From the NCBI GenBank assembly GCA_034408645.1, contig DASCRE010000239.1:1-34603 (forward strand): a stretch of 34,603 bases of DNA, written 5' to 3'. This document shows, one piece after another, positions 1 to 8,217 of the stretch. The first letter of the stretch is position 1. Each line of letters begins with the position of its first letter. The notes beneath the pieces are model-generated. The model saw nothing but the letters and a program-made list of their open reading frames with translations, was not told where the DNA came from and did no database searches. The position numbers were made by a program, and so were the translations under genes. Source of the stretch: Fidelibacterota bacterium. Lineage in GTDB: Bacteria > Fidelibacterota > Marinisomatia > Marinisomatales > AB-629-J13.

Positions 1-2
1 CT

Positions 3-299
3 TTGGTTGATCTAGCTCTCTTTAGACCAGACCTGATTAGCCCCAATAGCCCAGTTCCAACTGGTATTGGTGCAGAGCCCTACCTTAATCTATTGCAGCA
101 ACACCTACACTGCTCCAACCATCAAGAGGTTGCGGACAAGATGATTGAGTTTCAGTCTGTTTATTGGCCGGAATCCAAACGAAAATTCACACCAATTGAC
201 ATTGAATATCTTTCCTGTGAATGCAGGAAATACTACAGCTATATCAATGGAACAAAAAAATTTGAAGGAAAAAATTTATTTTGCCAGCCTGCTTTATAA
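3..299 (+). CDS. 5'-truncated ORF; C-terminus resembles the 5-hmdU DNA kinase helical domain (HMUDK_hel / aGPT-Pplase1-like)
   Basis: Frame is open from the window edge. Contains DL...TGIGA and DIEYLSCECRKY, resembling the GxGA and D-I-E-x-x-x-C-E-x-x-K-Y motifs of this family (recognised by eye). Confidence 0.5.
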   Translation: MVDLALFRPDLISPNSPVPTGIGAEPYLNLLQQHLHCSNHQEVADKMIEFQSVYWPESKRKFTPIDIEYLSCECRKYYSYINGTKKFEGKNLFCQPAL

Positions 300-315
300 C
301 AGATAGCATCCAGAA

Positions 316-1551
316 ATGAGTTTTTACGTTACATCTTTAATGTTTGCTATACCGATCTTTATCATATTGATAGGAATCGAAGCGGTGGCCGCAGGGAGAA
401 TGGGAATTAAGGTTAACCGTCCTGCAGATATGATCTCCAGCTTGAGCTCAGGTGCAACCAATACGCTTCGTGACGGAATAAGTTTTGGGTTTATTCTCAT
501 CAGTTACACTTGGCTCGTGGATAAGTTAACACTGTACAAGCTGGACCCTGTTTGGCTGGCAGCGATCATTGCGTTTATTGTAGAGGATTTTGCAGGATAT
601 TGGATCCACCGGATGAATCACCGTGTGAATGTGTTTTGGAACCGCCATATCATTCATCACAGCAGCGAGGAGTATAACCTGTCCTGCGCCCTCCGCCAAT
701 CCATTTCTGATACGGTAAAATTTAAAGCTGTTTTCATAATTCCCGCTGCCATGCTTGGAGTTCCGGCACACATATTTGCTGTCGTCGGTCCCATTCATTT
801 ATTTATGCAGTTCTGGTATCACACCCGCCTCATTGACAAAATGGGATGGCTAGAAAAAGTGATCGTCACTCCATCACATCATCGGGTTCACCATGCCATT
901 AACCCCGAATATATTGACAAGAACTACAGCCAGATCTTTATTCTCTGGGATAAGCTTTTCGGCTCTTTCCAGCCAGAATTAGCTGAGGTCAAACCGGTTT
1001 ATGGGACCCTCCGTCCTGCAAAAACATGGAACCCCGTCATCATTAATTTTAAACACCTTTGGCAATTGATGACTGATACTGTCCGTACGGAAAAAGTGTG
1101 GGATAAGATCAGGATCTGGTTTATGCCCACTGGATGGAGGCCGGATGATGTTACAGAAAAATTTCCTATTCATATCCTTACCAGTCCTCATGAACAAATT
1201 AAATATGAAACTAAAAATTCTCCTCTTTTGATTCTTTGGTCAGGAACTCAAATGACCGTTGGTTTAGTACTCATGTTTCATCTATTCTATATCAGTTCTT
1301 TAGTGAGTAAATCATTCACTTTATTGTATGCAGTATTTTTGGTCCTTCACGTTTTTGGCTACACTTCTTTTTTGGACAAGAGAAATTATGCAATTTACTC
1401 TGAAGGAATTAAATTCATTTTAGGGATGGCTCTTTTTGAAATAAATGACTTAACATGGTTTGGCTCGGGCACATCAATTTCTATTTTAATAGGGTTATAT
1501 TTGATTATATCTTTGGCCATTGCAATATATTTTATCAAAACGGAAACATAA
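316..1551 (+). CDS. Sterol desaturase / fatty acid hydroxylase family di-iron membrane enzyme, alkylglycerol monooxygenase (AGMO)-like
   Basis: His boxes HRMNH, HIIHH, FWYH and HHRVHH; HHSSEEYNLSCALRQS matches the AGMO-type segment; C-terminal extension with several TM helices. Confidence 0.85.
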   Translation: MSFYVTSLMFAIPIFIILIGIEAVAAGRMGIKVNRPADMISSLSSGATNTLRDGISFGFILISYTWLVDKLTLYKLDPVWLAAIIAFIVEDFAGYWIHRMNHRVNVFWNRHIIHHSSEEYNLSCALRQSISDTVKFKAVFIIPAAMLGVPAHIFAVVGPIHLFMQFWYHTRLIDKMGWLEKVIVTPSHHRVHHAINPEYIDKNYSQIFILWDKLFGSFQPELAEVKPVYGTLRPAKTWNPVIINFKHLWQLMTDTVRTEKVWDKIRIWFMPTGWRPDDVTEKFPIHILTSPHEQIKYETKNSPLLILWSGTQMTVGLVLMFHLFYISSLVSKSFTLLYAVFLVLHVFGYTSFLDKRNYAIYSEGIKFILGMALFEINDLTWFGSGTSISILIGLYLIISLAIAIYFIKTET

Positions 1552-1553
1552 CT

Positions 1554-1709
1554 ATGACCTATCGGACTGAAAATGAATTAATTGGATTTAAGTCAATCCA
1601 GTGGGATGCTACAGACTCAATGGGCAGACCTGTGAGCACAGGAGTCTACCTTTACCAGATACAGGCAGAAGAGTTTGTTCAGACCAAGAAGATGGTGCTG
1701 TTGAAGTAC
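1554..1709 (+). pseudogene. Orphan remnant of a FlgD-Ig / T9SS-like C-terminal sorting domain
   Basis: Encodes GFKSIQWDATDSMGRPVSTGVYLYQIQAEEFVQTKKMVLLK, the last ~40 aa of this domain. The N-terminal half, passenger and signal peptide are missing. The codon after LLK is TAC where such domains normally end. Confidence 0.7.
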
Positions 1710-1837
1710 CCCCCCCTTTTTTTTGTAAATAAATGGGACTGGGGTAAATCGAAGAGGCTTTTGTTTGTGGGATAGTGGGTAACTTTAGAACAATGATCTT
1801 TTTAAAATATTATAATCCACAAAGCTTAAAGAGTTTT

Positions 1838-1864
1838 AAGAGAACACCTTTATTCTCTTTTTTA
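1838..1864 (+). terminator. Weak intrinsic terminator candidate between converging units
   Basis: AAGAGAA-8 nt loop-TTCTCTT followed by a T run; AT-rich stem. Confidence 0.3.
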
Positions 1865-1889
1865 TCTTATTATTTATTTTGTAGTGAAT

Positions 1890-3386
1890 TTATTTAACTC
1901 TGGGAAACAGCGGTTTATGATCTTTTAGTTTACTGCCAGATTTTAATCGGCCCCATTTCAAATCCCCCCCTCTTGCATTAAGTGTCTCCAATAAAATTTC
2001 CGTCCTGTTAGGCATAACCGGAGACAATAAAACAGCACCTATTCTCAAGGCCTCTCCCGCTGTATAAAGTACTCGTCCAGCTGCTTCTTTATCTTCCTTC
2101 ACCAATCTCCAGGGCGCACTTTCTTCCATATATTTGTTCACACTTCTGATATACTGCATGGTTTCTTCGATGGCATCATTAATACGCATTTCTTCGATCA
2201 TATCCTTTACTAATTTTCCAAGTGATTCCCCTCTGGATTTAATTTTTAATTCTGCATCTGTAAGTTCCCCCGATTCCGGGATTTTTCCATCGTAATTTTT
2301 TTTCATAAGGGTTGATACCCTACTCAACAAATTCCCAAAATCATTTGCCAAATCACTATTGTACCGCTTTATAAAAGATTCAATTGTAAAATTTGCATCC
2401 TGCCCTAATACCATTTCTCGCATGAGATAATAACGTACTGGGTCCACACCATAATCATTAATAAGGCTTATTGGGTCAACCACGTTTCCAACTGATTTAC
2501 TTATTTTAGACTCTGCCATAAGCCACCACCCATGTGCAAAAATTGATTTTGGTAGCTCAATATTAGCAGACATTAACATGGTTGGCCAATAAACCGCGTG
2601 CGTTGTTAAAATATCCTTCCCAATTAGATGATAGGATGCGGGCCACCATTTTTCGAATGAATCATCATCGCTCATGAATCCAGGTGCGGTAATGTAATTA
2701 ATGAGAGCATCAAACCAGACATAGGTCACATAATCAGAGTCAAAGGGCAGTTCAATCCCCCAATTCAACCGTGATTTCGGACGGGAAACACACAGATCAT
2801 TCAGTGGTTGTTTTAAAAACCCCAGCACCTCATTTTTCCGATGTTCAGGTTGGATGAATTTGGGGTTTGTTTTAATATGATTAATGAGAGCTTCCTGATA
2901 TTTCCCCATTCTGAAAAAATAGTTTTTTTCCTTTAATTCCTTGATATCCCGAAATGCGCCACTTTCCGCTTCTTTCTCTGTAATAAATCGTTCTTCAGAT
3001 ACAGAGTATAGTCCTTCATATTCGTTTTCGTAAATGTCACCGGAATTATATACATCCTGAAGGATTTTCTGCACCACTTTCTTATGTCGCGTCTCCGTTG
3101 TTCGGATAAAATCATCATATGAAATATGAAGTTTCTCCCAAAGTTCAATGAACCGTGGTGCCATTTCATCACAATGCTTCATTGGTTCAACATTACGTCT
3201 CTCGGCCGCTTGTTGAACTTTTTGTCCATGTTCATCCAGTCCAGTTAAGAAAAATGTTTCCTGACCCAAGTTGCGATGATATCGCGCTAAAACATCTGCC
3301 AAAAGTGTCGTGTAAGCATGACCAATGTGAGGTCTGTCATTCACATAATAAATGGGTGTGGTTACATAAAAGGATGTACTATTCAT
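1890..3386 (-). CDS. metG: Methionine--tRNA ligase (MetRS1 type, short form)
   Basis: YVTTPIYYVN, HIGH, GLDEHG, YVWFDAL, IGKDI, KISKS, LANDFGNLLSR, terminal PLFPR; no C-terminal tRNA-binding domain. Confidence 0.97.
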   Translation of the reverse strand: MNSTSFYVTTPIYYVNDRPHIGHAYTTLLADVLARYHRNLGQETFFLTGLDEHGQKVQQAAERRNVEPMKHCDEMAPRFIELWEKLHISYDDFIRTTETRHKKVVQKILQDVYNSGDIYENEYEGLYSVSEERFITEKEAESGAFRDIKELKEKNYFFRMGKYQEALINHIKTNPKFIQPEHRKNEVLGFLKQPLNDLCVSRPKSRLNWGIELPFDSDYVTYVWFDALINYITAPGFMSDDDSFEKWWPASYHLIGKDILTTHAVYWPTMLMSANIELPKSIFAHGWWLMAESKISKSVGNVVDPISLINDYGVDPVRYYLMREMVLGQDANFTIESFIKRYNSDLANDFGNLLSRVSTLMKKNYDGKIPESGELTDAELKIKSRGESLGKLVKDMIEEMRINDAIEETMQYIRSVNKYMEESAPWRLVKEDKEAAGRVLYTAGEALRIGAVLLSPVMPNRTEILLETLNARGGDLKWGRLKSGSKLKDHKPLFPRVK

Positions 3387-4509
3387 AGAGCGATTTTTGT
3401 TTGATTTCCTTTTTCAATTGAATGATAAAATGTGTTAATAATAAACTCATGTTAGCATTCCTATTCAATCCGTTTACTACAGATTCTACCAGTAAATTAA
3501 GTGCACGAATATTTACTTCGGGATAGCTAGCCAAAAAACGATCCATCCCTTCTTTTAATTCACTTTCCGTTAAATCATCTTGGATATCATTTTTTATGTG
3601 TAATACTCCCAACAACCATCGTTGAATAAGTAAAAAATGAAAACGAAATTCAGTCTCATCCATTCTTGATAAGCGTGAGTAGTCTTTTGCAAACTTGATA
3701 AGTAATTTGTGGTTATTCAACAACATAAAGTTTGAGATAAAAGTAAATATATTTTTTATTTCCTTTCTATCCCTTTCTGCAATTTTACTGGCACTTACAA
3801 AATTCCCTTGAGATAAACACGATATCCATTTGATTTTATCTTGTTTAACTCCCTTTTCGGCTAACATTGTTTCTACTACTTTTTTCTTTAGTGCAGGAAA
3901 TTGAATATGTTGACATCTAGAAATAACAGTTGGAAAAAGCTTATTTTTAAAATCTGTTACCAAAATAAAAGTAGTTAACGGGGGAGGCTCTTCCAATATT
4001 TTCAAGAGTGCGTTTGCAGATTCTCCTGAACCAAATCCAAGAAGTTCGGCATCAAAAATTACTGCTATTTTTCTCCCCGGAAGTGCTGATTTTAAATAAA
4101 AGGCTTTCCTTAGCTTATGAATACTTGACAGAGTGATTCGGGTTGCTCTTGGAACCTTTATCTTATAAAATGGGTTATTACGCTTTTTAGCCAATTTTTC
4201 TGAAAAAGAATTCACGCTATTAATATCCATATCATCAGGACTTTTTTTGGGTGGAGTTGGAAGTGGAACTACAAGATTTAAATGTTCATGCTGTAAGTTT
4301 TTGAATCGCAAACAGGAAGAACAATTGCAATCCGGGAAATGATCGCTATCTTCACAGTTCATGAGGGCACTAAATGCCAACGCTACTCCTTCCTTCCCGC
4401 TTCCCGGGGTACCGGTAAAACAATATGCTGTCCCTATTCTATCAGATTTAAAAATAGAGACTAATCGATTCCACACTTCTGGTTGCGCTTTTATGGTATT
4501 TATAAACAT
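3379..4509 (-). CDS. holB: DNA polymerase III subunit delta'
   Basis: GTPGSGK, Cys cluster C-x8-CxCxxC, ANALLKILEEPP, TVISRC. ATG at 4509 overlaps the upstream stop (TAATG). Confidence 0.85.
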   Translation of the reverse strand: MFINTIKAQPEVWNRLVSIFKSDRIGTAYCFTGTPGSGKEGVALAFSALMNCEDSDHFPDCNCSSCLRFKNLQHEHLNLVVPLPTPPKKSPDDMDINSVNSFSEKLAKKRNNPFYKIKVPRATRITLSSIHKLRKAFYLKSALPGRKIAVIFDAELLGFGSGESANALLKILEEPPPLTTFILVTDFKNKLFPTVISRCQHIQFPALKKKVVETMLAEKGVKQDKIKWISCLSQGNFVSASKIAERDRKEIKNIFTFISNFMLLNNHKLLIKFAKDYSRLSRMDETEFRFHFLLIQRWLLGVLHIKNDIQDDLTESELKEGMDRFLASYPEVNIRALNLLVESVVNGLNRNANMSLLLTHFIIQLKKEIKQKSLYE

Positions 4510-5696
4510 TATTTTGCCAACCATTTTTCAGGGTCCAGTTTCTCACCGTCACCCCAAATTTCAAAATGAAGAACCGTACTGTTTTCTGAGTTGGATTCGG
4601 CGAGATGGGCGATAATATCTCCAGAGCGGACTTCACTATTCACATGAGTTTTTAAAGATTTCAACTGACTGTAAACTGTATAAAACCCACCGCCATGATC
4701 AATAATGACTGTGGTCCCATAACCTCTTAAATAAGTAATGGTGACTACAATACCGTTTAAAATAGTTTTTACAGGCATATTTGCTTTCCCCTGAATGTCA
4801 ATCCCGGGATACTCAGTTGCTGTTTTTAGTTTTGGGTTCCATTGTCTTCCAAATTTTGTAACTATCTTTCCATTAATGGGCCAGGGGAGCTGCCCTTTTA
4901 ACTGAGAAAACTGTTTTGATTTAAGTGCTTCCTGCTGTCTGCGGATTTTTTCTTCTCTCTCAAATCTTGCTTTATCTTCAAGAATAGCGGCTCGTAATTT
5001 TTCTAATTCTTTAAGCCCCTTGTCTTTTTCTTTTAAATATTTTGTTAGCTCTTTTTTATTCTTACTTAGAGCGGTTAAATCTTTTTCATGACCAGTTATT
5101 TTTGTCTTAATAGACTTCTTAAGTTTTAATTTTTCTCTATTTAGCGAGATGTTTTTCCTTAGTCCGACCTCTAAATTTAATTTTTCCTGACCTATGTTGA
5201 TGAATAGAGTGTTTATGTTTTTTCTAATATCATTTTCCAAGGATGAAATAAGTCTGAGGTATTCCTTTCTATATACAGACTGTCTCCAGGAAACAGTACT
5301 AAATATTTTCTCAATATTTGATGGTCTCCCATGTGTATATGCATAAATAACCCTTTCCCTATATCTTCCACGTAAATTATCTAATTCTTTTTCATATTGC
5401 CTTAGTGTTTTTTGAGTTTCTAAAATTAATTCCCTTGTCATTTTTTCTTCATTTGTTAATTCGGAAATAAGTCTGTCCGTAAGTGAAATCTCTTTTTCTA
5501 AAGTAACTATTTTTTTTGTAGCAGATTGTTCGCGAGAAGACGTTTTTTTTATTTTCCCTTGCAAATCCATGATTTCTTTTTTTAAGGTCTCTATAGATTC
5601 AGTTTTATATTTTAATTCATCATCAAAATCTCTTTGGGAGAGCGAAATTGAAAACAGAAAAAATACCGAAACAATATTTTTTACACTTCGACACAT
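4509..5696 (-). CDS. envC: Murein hydrolase activator EnvC-like protein (coiled coil + degenerate M23/LytM domain)
   Basis: Signal-peptide-like N-terminus, long coiled coil, KGQLPWP, GIDI, GYGTTVIIDHG, LHFEI. The zinc-ligand His residues of HxxxD and HxH are lost (EYPGID, VLH). Confidence 0.8.
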   Translation of the reverse strand: MCRSVKNIVSVFFLFSISLSQRDFDDELKYKTESIETLKKEIMDLQGKIKKTSSREQSATKKIVTLEKEISLTDRLISELTNEEKMTRELILETQKTLRQYEKELDNLRGRYRERVIYAYTHGRPSNIEKIFSTVSWRQSVYRKEYLRLISSLENDIRKNINTLFINIGQEKLNLEVGLRKNISLNREKLKLKKSIKTKITGHEKDLTALSKNKKELTKYLKEKDKGLKELEKLRAAILEDKARFEREEKIRRQQEALKSKQFSQLKGQLPWPINGKIVTKFGRQWNPKLKTATEYPGIDIQGKANMPVKTILNGIVVTITYLRGYGTTVIIDHGGGFYTVYSQLKSLKTHVNSEVRSGDIIAHLAESNSENSTVLHFEIWGDGEKLDPEKWLAK

Positions 5697-5779
5697 CTGT
5701 GAAATTACCTATTGATTCTATACCATAGAAATGGAGATTCATATAATCATTTTTGTATTTAATGTATTCTCCTCTCATC

Positions 5780-5809
5780 TTGACTCTCCTTTATCCTTAT
5801 GTTTATTTT
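5780..5809 (+). promoter_or_regulatory. Candidate sigma70 promoter for the cNMP/AI-2E unit
   Basis: TTGACT-18 nt-TATTTT in the divergent intergenic region, upstream of GGAG (5823) and ATG (5835). Confidence 0.3.
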
Positions 5810-5834
5810 GTCCGCTATATTTGGAGATAATATA

Positions 5835-6341
5835 ATGAAAGCCCTGTGGGAAAATCTTTTTAAAAACTGGAACAGGCAGGAAAGCCTTACAAAGACAGTT
5901 TTAAAACAAATCCCCGTTTTTCATGAGCTGTCTGATAGACAAATTCATGAAATTGAAAACCTTTGTCACAAAAGAAGATACAAGCAAGGTGAAACCGTAT
6001 TTAAAAGATTGGCTCCTGGCGAAGGAATGTTTATCATACTTTCAGGTGCAATTGAAATATTCACGGAAGACAATAATGATAATAAAAAAACCTTAGCCAT
6101 ATTAAATAATGGTGAATTTTTTGGTGAACTTTCTCTACTCGATTCAGATACTCGCAGTGCAACAGCAATAGCAACAGAAGATAGTGACCTGTTAGCTTTT
6201 CTCCGCCCTGATCTACAATCTTTTTCAAAAAGAAGCCCACAGACCGGAAATAAAATTCTTTTTAATCTCGCGAAGGTTATGGCAGCCCGGCTTAGAAAAA
6301 CCAGTGAACAAGTGTCCAAAAATTCTGCTGAGTTAGTATGA
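5835..6341 (+). CDS. Stand-alone cyclic nucleotide-binding domain protein
   Basis: YKQGETVF, MFIILSG, FFGELSLL, TRSATAIA phosphate-binding cassette; no HTH. Start chosen from the GGAG RBS. Confidence 0.9.
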   Translation: MKALWENLFKNWNRQESLTKTVLKQIPVFHELSDRQIHEIENLCHKRRYKQGETVFKRLAPGEGMFIILSGAIEIFTEDNNDNKKTLAILNNGEFFGELSLLDSDTRSATAIATEDSDLLAFLRPDLQSFSKRSPQTGNKILFNLAKVMAARLRKTSEQVSKNSAELV

Positions 6342-7456
6342 CCCCTCAAAATCAATCAATAGATAGATTTTATACTCTTGTTCTAATAATTATTTCAATC
6401 TGGGCGCTGTTTTTTATTTGGCCCTATATTTCTTCCATGGTAATGATTTTAGTTTTTGCTTTTCTTTTTACCACAATTCTTTTGCCAGGAGTAGATGCCT
6501 TGGAAAGAAAAATAAAGAGTCGCCTATTCAGTACATTTCTCATCATGGGTGGCGTTCTGATTTTATTGTTTGGCTTTCTTTCTGGATTTGCATCAGGATT
6601 GTTTCAGCAATCATCTGATTTTTCTCAAAGATTAGCCCAAGAAAATTATGTGAATGAATTAAATGACTTATACCAACGTACAATCTCATCTATACCGGGA
6701 GCACCTAACATTGATGACTTTGAAAAACCACAACTTACAAAAAAAGTACAGGTTTTTTTCTCCAGTTTTATGCAACAAATTCTTTCTGCAGCAAAAAGTG
6801 GAATGAATTTTATTTTTTTTACGGCTATGATTCTTGTATTTTCATTTATCTTACTTAATGAATACCATCATTTCAGGCGTGCACTGGTATCAATGATTCC
6901 AAATAAATATTTTGAAGTAGGACTCCGAATTATACATAATATAGAAAAACAAATGTCCAAATATTTAACCGGACAGTTTTTAGCAGCTTCTAGCGTAGCC
7001 GTGCTTTCATTCTTGGGATTATTGATATTAAACCTATATGGTGCAAACATAACTTTGATTTTTTTTATCTCTATTATTGCAGGACTTTCAAACCTAATCC
7101 CCATGGTAGGGCCTTTGGTTGGAATGGTCCCGGCTGTACTTATTTCTATTATGAATAATTTAGGAAGTGAGGCGGCTTTGTCCCACTTGATGTTCAATAT
7201 AATTCCTTCTCCATTTTTCGTTTTCGATATCATTTTTATGTTTATTATCGTACAACAAATTGATAATAATCTCATTACACCAATCCTCGTGGGAGAAAGT
7301 GTAGGGCTCCATCCCATGATTGTTATGATTGCACTTTTTATTGGTGGGATAGTTTTGGGCCCCCTGGGAATGCTGTTTGCTATCCCCACTGCAGGAATTA
7401 TCAAAGTAATTGCCCAAGAAATTATATTCTTGGTAAGATACGCGCATCTCCTTTAA
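6338..7456 (+). CDS. AI-2E family (PerM-like) transporter
   Basis: Multi-TM; YLTGQ, NLIPMVGP, QQIDNNLITPILVGESVGLHP, GPLGMLFAIP; ATGA overlap with the cNMP gene. Confidence 0.92.
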   Translation: MTPQNQSIDRFYTLVLIIISIWALFFIWPYISSMVMILVFAFLFTTILLPGVDALERKIKSRLFSTFLIMGGVLILLFGFLSGFASGLFQQSSDFSQRLAQENYVNELNDLYQRTISSIPGAPNIDDFEKPQLTKKVQVFFSSFMQQILSAAKSGMNFIFFTAMILVFSFILLNEYHHFRRALVSMIPNKYFEVGLRIIHNIEKQMSKYLTGQFLAASSVAVLSFLGLLILNLYGANITLIFFISIIAGLSNLIPMVGPLVGMVPAVLISIMNNLGSEAALSHLMFNIIPSPFFVFDIIFMFIIVQQIDNNLITPILVGESVGLHPMIVMIALFIGGIVLGPLGMLFAIPTAGIIKVIAQEIIFLVRYAHLL

Positions 7457-7552
7457 TATCACGATTGATTATTAGATATTCCTGTGGTATCATTATTTTT
7501 TACTTTCAGTTTAATTTGGAACCTTTATCTAAAAAATCCATAAAATTCACCA

Positions 7553-8215
7553 ATGAAAAAGAGAGCTCTTACTTTATTAAAAATATTTTTTATTATTTCA
7601 TTCTCCACTCCGGTATTTGGACAAAAATTTACCATCGCTCGCATTCATTACAGTGGAGGAGGGGATTGGTATAGTGACCCAAGCAGTCTCCCAAATCTGT
7701 TAAAATTTGTAAGTGAAAACACACATATTTCTGTTGATGATGAAGAGGTACGGATTCGTCCTGCTGACCAAAATTTTTTCAAATATCCCTATCTTTATTT
7801 GACTGGCCACGGAAACGTAAGGTTTTCAGAAGAAGAAATTACGAAATTGAGGGAAACTCTTCTTCGTGGTGCCTTTCTTCACGCTGATGACAACTATGGA
7901 ATGGATGCTTCGTTCAGGGAAGAAATGAAACGGATATTCCCAAACAAAGATTTAGTCGAATTACCCTATGACCATCCTGTGTTTCATGTTTTCTATGACT
8001 TCCCAAGTGGGTTGCCCAAAATACATGAGCACGATGGGAACCCCCCACAGGCTTTGGGTTTGTTTGATGAGAATCGATTAATGATTCTTTATACTTTTGA
8101 ATGTGATTTAGGGGATGGCTGGGAAGATCCAGAGGTCCACAATGACCCAGAAGAAATACGACTGGAGGCGCTGCAGATGGGTGTAAATATTATCTATTAC
8201 TCGATGACACAATAA
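7553..8215 (+). CDS. Exported DUF4159 domain protein
   Basis: Signal peptide; IARIHYSGGGDWYSDPSSLPNLL, YPYLYLTGHG, FLHADDNYG, PKIHEHDG, DLGDGWED, ALQMGVNI. Confidence 0.85.
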   Translation: MKKRALTLLKIFFIISFSTPVFGQKFTIARIHYSGGGDWYSDPSSLPNLLKFVSENTHISVDDEEVRIRPADQNFFKYPYLYLTGHGNVRFSEEEITKLRETLLRGAFLHADDNYGMDASFREEMKRIFPNKDLVELPYDHPVFHVFYDFPSGLPKIHEHDGNPPQALGLFDENRLMILYTFECDLGDGWEDPEVHNDPEEIRLEALQMGVNIIYYSMTQ

Positions 8216-8217
8216 CC

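Noticed and set aside
1455-1775. 106-aa ORF as an intact protein
   Set aside because: The first 33 codons are an alternate frame of the desaturase gene and the tail is read-through into homopolymers; only the CTD fragment looks protein-derived.
4509-4900. Loss of zinc ligands in the M23 domain as pseudogenisation
   Set aside because: A degenerate LytM site is the normal state of EnvC-type activators.
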